In this document: positions 1-13,056 of the stretch, one piece after another | Layout of the letters: every line of letters starts with the position of its first letter | Position numbering within the stretch: position 1 is the stretch's first letter | NCBI GenBank assembly: GCA_030141605.1 | Contig: JAQGDQ010000010.1 | Location: 248,001 to 312,000, forward strand | DNA: 64,000 nucleotides | Direction of reading: 5' to 3' | DNA from: Tubiluchus corallicola | Lineage: Eukaryota > Animalia > Priapulida | Notes under the pieces: generated by a model | Database searches by the model: none | Seen by the model: only the letters and a program-made list of their open reading frames with translations | What the model was told of the DNA's origin: nothing | Translations under genes and position numbers: made by a program

Positions 1-1653
1 CTAACAAAAACTGGAAAGAAATGATTGTTAGGGCACGTTTCATTGCTCCACAAATCTCTCTGTTGCGGAGGAACTGATTTGTGAAACAATAGCGGCAGTC
101 AATGCACGTCGGATTTAGGCGGATTATTCGCACAGCAGAAAACAAATTATTCCTAATCGACTGCATTCAGCATCTCAATTTGCGCTATTGCGCATTGTGC
201 TTTGGTTGGGATGCACTCAGCAGACGGACAGCACTAGCAAAAAGAACCCAAATCGGAAAACATGCAAAATGCCAAGAAGAGAGAGAAACAGTACATAATA
301 ATGTACGCACAAGTAATAAACTTGAAAGACAAGGCCTATAATAATCTTCACATGTTGTATCTGTGATAATCTGTATTGTGCGACCGGCGGCCAGGAATGC
401 GAAACCCACAGCAACTCTTTGTTAAGTAAAAAATCAATAAAAGAGTTCGTCTGCTTCCGCATGGAGTGCAAATTCCGTAACACATCCACACTCCGTCGCT
501 GCATGCAGGTGCGTACATCCTATCGACCTTTTGGGAGTTTCACCTATACAAGTTTAAAAATCCACGTACTAAAAAGTGTCATCACCCTGAAGGTAGGACC
601 TAGAAATGCCAAAATACTGTGTCTCGAATCTATTACCTATAATTTTCAAGTAATAGTACCTTCTGAGTCTTTTGCGTCAACTTGATTCGCTTGTATGTTA
701 AATGTTATACTGCATAATTGCCACATATAGAACGGGTTACGTTTATTGATTACTGTATCATTGTATACTCTCCACATTTTAGAATATAATCTTTGTACTT
801 CAGTTACCTTCTAGTTTAAACGCGCGGGCTATTATAGTAGAAACGTGCAATGAAAACACGAGCAAGATGAGTAAATTTTAAATTGCTCATACACAATCTT
901 CCACCGCACAGTGAATTTATTGTAATTACTAGTTCAACTAACTCCATTAGGTTACTCAGTGCAAGCTGACACGTCGCCCATAAACCAGTAGAATTATTGT
1001 ATAACTGCATTATTGCTGTAAAACATTATGGCAGCTGTGATACGTGTTTATGGGTTTAACTTGTCAAAATCTCGGTGTGCGATGAAATTATTGCAGCTGA
1101 AAAATGATGCTTTTATGCAGATCAATATAATCAGCGGGTCAAAGTTTATAATGTGAAAACACCTGACTCATTTAATACTAGTAATAATTCACTGTAGTTA
1201 TGTTTTGTATAGGTGTGAGGTCGAATCTCTTGACTGGTATTGCTTTGTTGGAGATGGAATAGGCTACCCAAGTAGGAGTGCCTCTGTGTTTGTGGAAGAG
1301 ACGTGCAGTATGAAGAACACATACCTCGTCGCTGCGCGAAAACTGGACACTTTAGAGAACTTACAGCAATTTAGACTTTAGTCATTATATAAAAGTTTGG
1401 ACCAACATAACGTGACGCATTTTGTTTATGAGTGTTTTAATATTTTCAAATTATCACATTTTAACTAACCTAACTTGCAGTTTTTGAAATTATTTCTAAC
1501 TCTTGTGAATGGACTGTCACTAGTCAATAAATTTACTACTGCTACTGGTTAAGTTATATATCGAAATTATTTGTTTAGCTAGGCACTAAAAGAGCTTACA
1601 GTAAGTGATATTATCCTTCGCTTCTATCACTGTTGTTGTTTGTATTTTGCGAG

Positions 1654-1711
1654 ATTATTATTATTATTATTATTATTATTATTGTTATTATTTTATTATT
1701 AATATTATTAT
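1654..1711. repeat. (TTA)n microsatellite, degenerate at right end
   Basis: Directly visible ATT/TTA run. Confidence 0.95.
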
Positions 1712-4700
1712 AATTTTTATTTAAATTTTAAAATTAAACAAAGTCGACTGTCACACAACACTAGCATACACTACATTCATAATGCTGATTTTACTATTTT
1801 TATAGGCCTAAATTGTTTAACGGAAATTTCAATACATGCTGCAGAATTACATGGAGAATAGATTGACAAATACCAAAACAGACACACGAGTCAGTCAATA
1901 ATTTAATTTTGAACAAAGCTGGCTTACACACATAACTAACACGGTTTAATTTCAATTTCGCTTGTAAAAGACGAGTAATGTGACGATCTGAGAGTTCTGT
2001 GAGAATTCTGCCAAGATCTCTGTGAGCCCTTTTTTTCATCTTAAATATCAAATGAAAACAATGACACCTATATGACTCAGGGTTCTTACAGTAACAAGCC
2101 AGATTTACGTACTATTTATATTAAGATCAATAAGCTCAAGTATCAGGAAACCCACCCTAAGCTCTAACATGGAATGAACATCAAAGTAAACAAAAATAAA
2201 CGACAAAATCAATTAAATGACCCAGCAATACGTGTATTTTGACGTTTCTCCCTTAAAAATAATATTAGCCTCTGATCATAATCTATGCGCTGTTTAAATG
2301 CGTCTTTTAGCACCGGGAAGACAGGCAGATTCTTGTGCCTTTACATAACTTGCTATTTTGTGCCCTAGCTGACAAAACAAGGATAGAAGAGTTGTCGCTA
2401 TTTTTACGTTTGCTGAGATCGCACATTGAAAATGCACAACTCAATTTCAAAAAAACAACACTTCCGATTTTATCACAACTGATATGATTACTCAAGACAG
2501 TTTTGTCGATAACACCCAGCAATAGTGAACATATTATAGTTATTTGAATAATATACAACGACAGAGCACTTAGCGTGTACAGCAACTGTAAGGTGAAATT
2601 TTATTAGAAAGTTTCCAACCTCGATGTAAAAGAAACAGAGAACACAGTCCATTACCAATATAAAATTTCTAAAAGGAATCATGATTTTGTGCAGTATTTC
2701 AATTTTTAATATGTTTTTGATTTGCCTACTCAATCTCATTGAAGTGCTGCATGGTGCAGTGCTGGACCGCTCTTGTTTCCAAGATGCGTCCTTGAAGGAA
2801 AGCGTGTTATCGCCTACATCTATAAGCACATGAATGCGTTTCAGAGACAATAAATCTTGGATTATGGTCACCACAAAGTGACTTTTACGGGATTGAAATA
2901 CAGATTGTATCTGCACACAAACGAACACAAAAAACGCTTTACGACAAGGCAACAATAATTATCATCCACGGTTGTCACGCAAAGTTTGTTCATTATTTTA
3001 CTGCGTAAGTTGGCAATGCGTTGTTTCCTTTAGGGACGTACATATATAATTTGCCTCTAAACGTTTGTAACACCATACAATACCATTTTGTGACGCATTG
3101 TTATTATTAATTTTGCAGTATGAAATTTAATTTCCTATACAATAATTAGGTGCTGCCGCGTCGTTGGTGTGTTGGTGTTTAGTTTATTTTGGGTAATCGA
3201 TGTTAGGGGAACGTGAAAAAAGAAAATATCAATTTACACACGGGCTATCGGTATCGGTGGCGTAAAAACCTAATTTGGTTGTATGGCAACTTTATTGTAT
3301 TTTATTTTATTATGTGCTGTTCCTCTGATGCGAGGTAAAGAGAAAAAATAGATGTCTACTACAGTTGAATACTGTTAATTACTCTATTCAAAGTGGTAAA
3401 ACAAATCTGATGCCGCCTTTTTAGATGATGATGAACCAAGACAACGTAGATTGTTGAGATGGTGTTTTAAGTTATGTGCCCACCGTAACGCTCCTTTAAT
3501 TTCGTTTCTTTTGCAATACCTTGGTGAATATAATTTCTCAAGGTACGCAAATAAGCCCACGGTATTTCAATGCCGCACGTGCACATGCGGCTCATCACAT
3601 CAATTTTACTTTGCGCAAACTTCGGCCGCTGAATCCTGACAAATTTCCGCCCGAATCTTGTCTCGCTGCTGAACAAACATCAGTCCCCGTTGTAACAGAA
3701 AATGATGAAATAATACCCCATTGAAAAGAAGCTCCCTGTTGCTTATCTCTCAGTCAACATATCGCACAATGGACGCAGCATTGAAACCCAGTTAGCATTC
3801 TTCTTCGCAATTATATCAGGCTTCGCCTACAGGCTCAGCACTAATATTCGCCGCTATTACAACCCCACAGAAGAATTGAGACACAATCATGTGAGTCATA
3901 TTAGATATAACATCAGCACAAATACCCCGCAAATTGTTGTTAACACGCCAGTCGGAGCTATTATTAATCTGTTTGGCAGGAATTACGTATAAGGGTTTCC
4001 ATTATGCGGCGCATATAGCATGACGGTTTCTGTAATCACGTCGATAAAGCTGGCTACATAGAATACAAGATGTCACTTATGTTTCAAATATTACGTGCAT
4101 GAATCGTGATTGTATTCAGTATTGTATAAAAGACCTCTACAATGTATATGTTTCGGCTAAGTTATTGGAATATGTGTTTAAACTTCTTAAGCCTATATTT
4201 GCGGCCTTCAAAGCAAAAGTAGCAACCATGCATGTTCAAAAGTACTGTATAGTTTACACGTTTTACAGGTATAATAAAAGCTATTATAGAACTTCTCTTT
4301 GTGAAATATAGCTGAGTGCATTACAAGTATGCAAAATTGCGTTGTACAAATGTAATGGCGCAACATTGCGATCTTCTGTAACTGCAACGTTGTGATCTTT
4401 ATTTAGAATTACAGATGTTTTTTAATGACTTTGCATATTATTGTAGCCACTATTGTATAAATTGGCACTGGCTGTTTAAATTCATCGCTTGGCAACAATG
4501 ACATTTTTTGTGAGAATTTTCTCTAGGCTAATCTTCATATCGATTTTCAAAATATTTTATATAAAAAAAATGTTATTTCATATCGAATTTTTTCATACTA
4601 AACAGCTTCGTTTTTTTATTTCAATAAACTACTTAATAAGTGTCTATGAAACGCAACCATGAATGACACGACATTAATTACTAATACCATTTTACGATGA

Positions 4701-6377
4701 AATATTCATTTTTATCGATTATAAGTTCTCATTAATGCAATTAACATTTTGTTGAAATGAAGCCGTCCATCAAAAATGTGACAGTCATAGCAACCAGACT
4801 TCAAAAACATGGAAACGACAATTAATGGCCAAATAATTGGACAAAGGAAACGATGTATGGGAGCAGCAAAGCAAGGAAGATGAGCATTCTGCAGGCAGGT
4901 GTCTGGTGAAAATTTAATGAATTCTGTGTTTATATTATGACACTGCAATCGCCATGTTATATACCGGTGATGTTGAAACATCATCCATGGAGGCTCTAAA
5001 TGCCATATGCAATATGATACTCCACCAATAATCAAGTAGCAATAAGAGCCTATCCTAGTACCCGTCAATGAAAGTCTGTTCCAGATCTGCCTTAGCGATC
5101 TCGGGATTGGTGCACCAATGCACAGCTGTGGGAGGCCTAGCTGAAGGTCAAATGGATAAGCGACATTAAATTCTAGGAACATCAACAGTAGTACTGCGTC
5201 ACTCACCATTCGAGTATTCAGCGGAATTAATATTTGTGTAGGATGGGAACGTGAAGGACAGTACCTACATCACTTTCAATGAGTGCAAGACATCAGCGTT
5301 TATCCACCGTACACCATCAAATCACTACAAGCTAGGCCATGCAGGATGAATAGATTAAAAGCGGAGAATATGCTCCATATAGAAAGTTTCTAGAATTGTA
5401 ACAGAGAAAATCCCTTGGCAAGGCAGTATTTCTATAGCTTCCTTTAAAATTGACCACAAATATGTCTGGGCCAACAATACGGGACATCTTTTGAAATAAG
5501 ACACGTGTTTCACTCAGACAACCTATAAGCGTGATGCTCACTTTTTGAATTCTTCTAAGGGGCTTAATATCTTTGGTTTCTTCTTCGATGTTTTGCGATA
5601 ATGCGTTACCATTCTTCACATTTTAGTCTCTGGAGACAGTTGCAGTTCACTCACGACTTTAGGCTAATGTGTTTCCTCTGTGGCTTTCATGCTCTCCAGC
5701 TTTTAGCTTTACTACTATTCTCTTCATCATAATGAAAACAACTGAGGGATTTGTCTATAATGCACGTTTAATGTGTGTGAAGAAGCCTTGATACTCAGAG
5801 ACTTTGTCGGCGCACGAAGAGAAAGCTTTTTTACGAGAAGACGAAGAATTGTCAACTCCGAACGAATGTGAAAAACAGACATAAAACATCTACGTTGAAC
5901 TTTTCTATAAAGCCCAAGAAAATGTTGTATCTACTAATGCCAATGTATGTACCTAGTACTAAATTCTGAGTTACTACAGCTTTATCAAAAAAGGAACATG
6001 GTTTCATCTATTTTAATTTCCCTTGTTTGAGTCACGGGTACAGGGGGCAAATGTACAAAAAATCTTCAAATCTAATGTTAATTCTAAACCCAATGTTAAT
6101 TTATTATATTATATATGCCTAGTATCCTTAGGGCATAAGGTTTGTAAAAAAGTTTGTTGGGCATTTTTCAACGTCATTTAAGGTTATTTAAGTCCATGTA
6201 CGTATTTTGTGTTACAGCCCCAGCCACGGCACTTTCAGAGGTTTACATGCCAAATAAATCAATTTGATCTAGTGTCTTCTCATCAATGATTTCTTTTTCA
6301 GCATTACTTTTGAAAGTCAGGGCCACCGGAAGTGAGAAAGAAAAAACTGCCAAAATAGCTTCGCCGTTTTTTCCATT

Positions 6378-6379
<2 letters not shown>

Positions 6380-6413
<34 letters not shown>

Positions 6414-6420
6414 GCACACA

Positions 6421-6451
<31 letters not shown>

Positions 6452-6472
6452 GCACACACACACACACACACA
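6380..6472. repeat. Compound microsatellite (TA)n-(CACG)n-(CA)n
   Basis: Directly visible; explains the YIYI/HTHAR/CVCV low-complexity ORFs at 6243-6615. Confidence 0.95.
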
Positions 6473-9400
6473 TTTGTTTGAGAGAATGAGAATGCACGGA
6501 GGAGCGAGCCGAGATTCATTTGATTGTAACCGTCAACAGAGGGTGTAGACGACATGGTTTGGTTCCCAGAAGACCCTGGTCTTCTCACAATTAGCATTTT
6601 CCCGAATCTCTTCACCCAGTTTTTATGAAAAGTAGCCTAAAAAGTGATGTTTGAAACTGATTCGACGCCCTGGAAAACACCCTGGAATGTACAAGAAAAT
6701 TCCCATCAATTTTTTTGCAGAAATTATCCCCCAAGAATATGACTCTAATTAGTACGGAAAATTAACATTTCGTACCAAATTTTTGACAATTGACAAGTTG
6801 CTACTGCACGCGCTTATGATATAGAATGGACACCCGCAATTATTTCGCGTTCTTTTTTATTAATGTATCCCTAATTAATATTTTGCATGCAACTTGATCT
6901 CAGTTTGTAGAAAATAATAGACTTATAGAGCTTTCACAGTTAAAAGTTTGAAAATCTTTTACAAAATAACAAAAGATTTATAAGCAAAATGACGCAGGAA
7001 GTAAGCATGAGTTAAGGCTGAAGAATGGAATCTATTATAAAGTATATAATAACGTATTAAAGTATCTATTATATCTATAAAGTTTTTAGTAAAATTAAAA
7101 GCCAAAAAACAGGCTGGTTTAGCTACTCATCTTTCTGCATGCAGACGCTGGCTTCATTGTCCAATTAGCTCCATCCATCTCCATTACATGGAAGCCATTT
7201 ATCAAGAACTGCTCACTACACGTGCACTCCATAGCTATAGATCACATTATCCTCCTCGATAGACAGAATTACATGATTCATGCAGTTATACCCCTTCAGT
7301 CCCCCTTATATGATTTATTACGCAGTGGGCGGTTATTTCACTATTAGCCACTTTAACTATATGGCACATACACCTATTATATTACGACTACACCATTAAT
7401 AGTATAACATGTCCCCAAAATTTATGGTATCGATGATATCGATGATAATGATACGGTGATGACGACAAATCATTTTAAAAAATGTTTTCAACACATGACG
7501 AGGCTAAAAAGGCACTGGACGTTAGACAGCCATGTGAAATAATTTTTTACGCAAGTTTTTTGAGAGGTTGAAACAATTTCTACAAGTCTTGGACTCTAAA
7601 CATTAAAATATTTCCTAATGTTAGAAAAACACTCGGTATTAAAACTCCCTTTAAAAATGCTTGAAGCCGCTTTTAGCTGTTCACACATTTTAAGTACATG
7701 TTCACTCAACGCAGTAGACACTAAAAAAGCATTTTCGGTTTGTAAGTACTAAGTAGAGCCAGTTTCCATGCATTAAAATAACTACTATGTATTTAATTTT
7801 ACAAAATGTACTACACAACGTAGTACACCATATAGACACACAACTTAAGATTAATCATCATCATTACAGTTACGAAAAGCATAACGTCTCAAGCTAATAG
7901 TTAAATTACTATTATGATTACGTATTATAATTATTACTACTGGAAACTCTTGCTGAAGCTGTTTTGTTGACTGAAATCTGACTGAAAGACTTTTTTAATA
8001 GTAGTGTGAAGATGAGGTGAAAGCGCGTATACCTAGGAGATTTTAGGCATAATTCAGTCAACTCTTAAATCCTTCAACGCACTTTTCACTTTTTAGGATT
8101 GAATAACATCTCATGTTCACTCTTTTACACATGGGAGTTAACTTGCAACGTAATTAGAAGACGTTGTACGACTTTCGTTAAGAACCAATGTAGCCCAATA
8201 ACTCTTTTCAGAAATTTCTCGTCCTGCAAGATACGATTTGGCGAACATAACTCGGAATCAAAGCTTATTCACAAAGACTGGCGGTCAAGCATGCCTGGGA
8301 AATAAATCAGGAGGTTTATAGATTGTGACATGCTTTACGATGGAGGGCTCTGTGTAAATCTTCCACTTGATTTCCTTTTCTTGTGTTCAAATGCCACAGA
8401 TAAATGAGGCAACAGACAGGGATACCAGACAGTTATCTGACCAAACTGGTTAGCGACTGTCTGAATAGATGGAGCAGAGAGTTTAATTTTAAAACAGATT
8501 TCAAGCTAATAAAGTTTGCAGACCAATAAACAATTTGTGAGAAAAGTACTTCCTTGGAACTCTTAGTAAAATTTTATTTTTTTATTTATTTAAGAACATT
8601 TATAAAATACATTTTTTATAAAAGAAAATGGCAGTAGGCACATAGCACTTATGCTAGCATGTGGTTAAAAGTGAAACAAGTTTAGTTAATAAAGGCAAAC
8701 ATTATCCGACTAATGATTGTGCAGTAAAACTAAAGTCCTGCTTCTATTATATACTGTAAATTATCTAAACAGACCTAATGACTATAATTATGTGGGTAAA
8801 ATGGTCTATTGGGTCGAAGCATTGTTATCGAATAAGTACGTTCATAGAGCATTGGTTCTCCACTAGCTTCTTCATGAGAATGAGAGCAAGGAGTACTTTC
8901 CACTTGATTTAGATTCGCCCGAAAATCAAAGTTTAGTGTGTGCAGCACCCCACCATCATATGTATACACGTTCGACATACGGGCTTGATTTCTTCAACCC
9001 CTTTCAGGAGGACAGTAGTCCCTGATATTGCGACTATTATAGGAATTACTTTTGCTTTGGTTTATCAAGTTTTGGTTTACTTTACAAAATAAGTTCAGCA
9101 ATTACATGGGGAGTATATAAAGGCCTGGGCATCTTTTCACATGCAAAATTAAGTATTCTGGAGGTTCTGTACTTCATTGCTGAATCCGCCCTAGTTCTTT
9201 AGGGGGATTGTAGTGGACAAAGATACAAAAACATCATCTAAACAATAAATTTTGGCAGTTGTGGGATGGTCCCGGGTCTCCTGATTTCATGACTAGATCC
9301 ACCTTGATTCCACTGAAAGATTTTGATGGAAAAAAACGAGAGCACAGAGTCTAAACATCACGTACACGAAATTTGGCATTTTCGTCACAAAATGAACGAT

Positions 9401-12400
9401 TCTTCTGTATTTTATCATTAAGCGCCGCACTAACAGCGTATTTACGTAATTTGCTAGCTGGTATTGAATTTCGCGTTCGCGTTCGCGCACGCAACTTTAT
9501 TTGTTGGGCAAATTCCATAGCACGTTTAATTTCTACGTCAAGTCTTGTGCAAATATTATAAAAATGTAAAACATATCACTTGCAGTGCCTCTATAGATGT
9601 CACAATAACATTTAACGCGATTTAAAATGCGTAGGCTGGTCAAAGATGAGGACCAATTTGCTGGATGCACGACTCCTTGTTCCTAAGAGGGCGCGATACT
9701 GAGAATTACAGCGATGGGCCTACATTTGATAATATGTCTTGCAAATTTCCGATAAATACTTAATATTGCGACCTTTAGGTATGTCACTATGTACAACGAA
9801 ACAGTATAATCATTGTCAATACATACATTTCAAAGAAACCCATGAGTTCTTCAAAGAAACATACTACAAGTCCGTTACTCCAGCAAATATCCATAACAGT
9901 ATAAAAAACGTGAACCATTAGCGTTATTAATTCACTGCTCCCCCTCCCCTGCCTTTCAGTATTGTAAGCACAGCAGTTTTCGCGAGAATGGAATAGATGC
10001 CTTTCCTAAACAGACAGAATAGCTGGATCTTCTATTACCTTAATCTGTCTCCTGGCTATTCAACTAGGTACGTTTAGAGAGAGGATGAGGCTTAGAAATC
10101 TTCCTGACAGGGCAATCGTTGAAATTGATATGACCTCGGCGTGCAAGAATATCATTCATTATAATCCAGCTTCTTTTATTAATTCCCGTAGCGATCTACT
10201 CACAAAGAGGACATAATAAACTCCACAGTCTGCACTTCATACAATGACATATTCTTTTCAATGCAAACTTCCTGAGGCGCATTACATTAACCACATGCTG
10301 ATTAAAATAAACGCAAATAGACTGTTTATTATTGTAGGCCTGGATGTACGTACATTGACAATGCTTGTATTTTTCGTTTTTTTCATAAGAATGTACATGA
10401 AAATTATAATAAAACTTAGACCGATATGCTGCAAAATTTCAAGAGGCTCTTTCACGCTGCCTCCAAGTTTCAAGTGTGTTTCAAACAAACAAAACTGGTT
10501 TAAATACCGCTTGGGATATATAAATTGTTGATAAGCACAGCAAACGGCAATTTAGTTGTCAAAATTTTGTTTACTTAAGCATAGCAGCCAGTAATAAATC
10601 CTACTCAGATTAGTAAAGAAAAGGTTTACAACAACAAGGTCGATCGAAAAACTCGCGACAATTATCTCCTATTATCCACTCATAATTACTAAAGAGTAAG
10701 TGAGTATGTAGGCAAAGCTTAAAAATTCGCTTATTCTATAAATAAACAAATTTGTAAAATTATCAATAAATACAGTAACCCTTAAAATATTATAAAAGCT
10801 TATTCGAGTAGGTACTTGATGCATTATGGTAAGTTTAAAGCAAACCGAACCCAATCTTAAACTGTAGGTCAAAACAGTTTACTCTTTAAAATATTAAAAA
10901 GAAACACGCTATTGTTTTAAAAATGATTTATCTGAAAGAATTATGACATAAATGCAATTTCGCGCTCGCTCCACTAATTTTTCGCTGTTTCATGTATTTC
11001 GCCATTCGTTAGTTAGACGGGCACTAGCACCTGCTTTTGCATAAACGCATTGCATAAAAAACAGGTTCTGTACCTCTCAGTTCAGATGTGTTAGTTTGTG
11101 ACGAGCTGCACACGTTCAACAGCTCATGCGTGAGCACAGCGGTGCATTTGAAATTTGAATTCTTATCTTAAAACATGCCTAGTTTTAGTACAACACACTG
11201 AATATCTTACTTCAATTTTCACTTTTGCAAATACGTGCAGCACGCTCGTGGAGTATTTTTGCTGTTGAAAAGTTGAAAGTTATGTTAGTTTGTAATGTCA
11301 TCAATAGTTGGGCTCGCTTGCCGTTAATTAAGCTTTTCGTCTATTATTTAATTATCACAAACGCTTTTGCAGTATTAATTGTGTTAAAATGTATACTTTT
11401 TACCGTATTTGAAAATGGGGTAGTATATGAAAAATCATACTTACTTCCTTTAAGATTGTTCGTTAAACTTATTTAAGAAGTCGAAATTTACTCAACTGAC
11501 AGTAATTACGAACTAAAAGACTTGGCTTATTTTAGGTACTATAAGCTATACAGTATACATGTAGTTTATAAGTAACACATACTGAAAATTTTAGGTATAA
11601 GCAAAATTGCAGCCCAAATATTTACTCAGCATAGTCTTATTTTTTGTAACTGTTTTTCCTTTCTTGAACTTTCGGTGAAAGCGGGTTATAAATGGACTTG
11701 TGTCTTGATAATCAAATGAAATTCGCTGAACCTGCCCAAATGCTGAATTTTGGAAGGTATGTCAAAACTGCTGTCACAAAAAATACCAAACCGTTTTTTC
11801 ACACTTTATAAGTCTCACAAGTGGTACTTTAACCCAATTTTCCATTTGCAGTTCAAGCTTCCAGACCCAGAGGATTTCCAAACATCTATCACTACACATA
11901 TTTAGCCTTACGTAACGTGATTATTGTCATCAAATCGGTTTTATTAAAATATATTCAACCACATCCCCTGTGGGGTATGAATCCATCCCCAACAGTCTCA
12001 GAATGACAATAACGGCCAATAATGTTGCGAGTCTTAACCTTGCTTACACTGTCAACTTGCGTTTGTCATGCAAAAATTACGATCTCTGACTCATTCTGTT
12101 GATTGCTGGATGACACCGTCGAGCCATGCTCTAATCACTTCCCAAGTGTTTTTCGTTCGCTTGTTGATAATTTGTCTCCTGAACATCTTGTAGACTACAT
12201 AATGACACAGCAGCTTTTATAGTATATTGCGCCTCGTCCATAATGATAGCTGTTTGCGCAACGAATTTACAACGCTCCGTAATCGGTCAATTCTGGTTTA
12301 TTTTGTTATGAAAACGTTCCCACTGCTTTTATCTTTGATATCAGATTCTCTCTGGTGAAAATAAATCCGTTGTGCAACCAGGCTTACACGCTTAAAGCTT

Positions 12401-12853
12401 ACTTTTAGCATTACGCGCTGTTAAAATTTTAAAATTTCATAAATTCGGGAAAATGTCGGAGTGTACACGGCGCTGGTAGATAACAATTGATGGTAGGGAG
12501 AAATGTTTTGAAAAAACGCCAATGCTTTCAGCAAGCACCTGCTTAATTAACAACGCTGATGCCAAGCGACCCATTGGCTTGACGATGCTAAAAACAGCTA
12601 AACCATGCAACATCAAAAATTGTACAAGCCTTCTCACAGGTGGGAACGTTCAAAGCACATGCGTACACATCGTTTCAAAATACACATTTTTTGTTTAAAA
12701 TGTAGATATGGATGTTGTCGTCTTGACCAGTTTTCTTTCTTGTATTGTCTTGAATACTAATTGATGGACCTTTAATCTCAGGGCTGTTATCCGTATCAAC
12801 TTTTAAGTAAACATTTCACTGTTCGTGCAACATGTTGACCTGTCCATACACAA

Positions 12854-13056
12854 ACTGTTACTGCTACAATTGCTGCTACTGCTACTACTACTGCTGGTGC
12901 TACTACTGCTACTGCTACTATTACTGCTGCTACTACTACTACTGCTGTTGCTGCTGTTAGTATGCCTGCTGCTACTGCTGCAGCTACTATTACTGCTATT
13001 ACAGCTACTATTACTATTACTACCGTTGCCACCACAGCCGCCGACACTACTACTAT
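12854..13056. repeat. Degenerate (ACT/GCT)n trinucleotide repeat
   Basis: About 200 bp of ACT/GCT/ATT/GTT triplets; generates the poly-Leu, poly-Ser, Val/Ala and Thr/Ala ORFs on both strands. Confidence 0.9.

Noticed and set aside
217-236. REST/RE1-like motif CTCAGCAGACGGACAGCAC
   Set aside because: Left half-site mismatched and spacing off by one.
2488-2955. 155-aa minus-strand ORF
   Set aside because: Non-ATG start, no recognisable motif, composition typical of random AT-rich DNA.
4712-5209. 165-aa minus-strand ORF
   Set aside because: No domain similarity I can recognise; it reads through an intron-like segment and has an implausible W/C/H-rich composition.
7121-7236. Minus-strand terminal-exon-like peptide MECTCSEQFLINGFHVMEMDGANWTMKPASACRKMSS*
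   Set aside because: Weak acceptor, short, no homology recognised; expected by chance in 64 kb.
8867-9025. Plus-strand acceptor followed by a 52-codon frame (LLHENESKEYFPLDLDSPEN...)
   Set aside because: No upstream exon or homology; the opposite strand is equally open.
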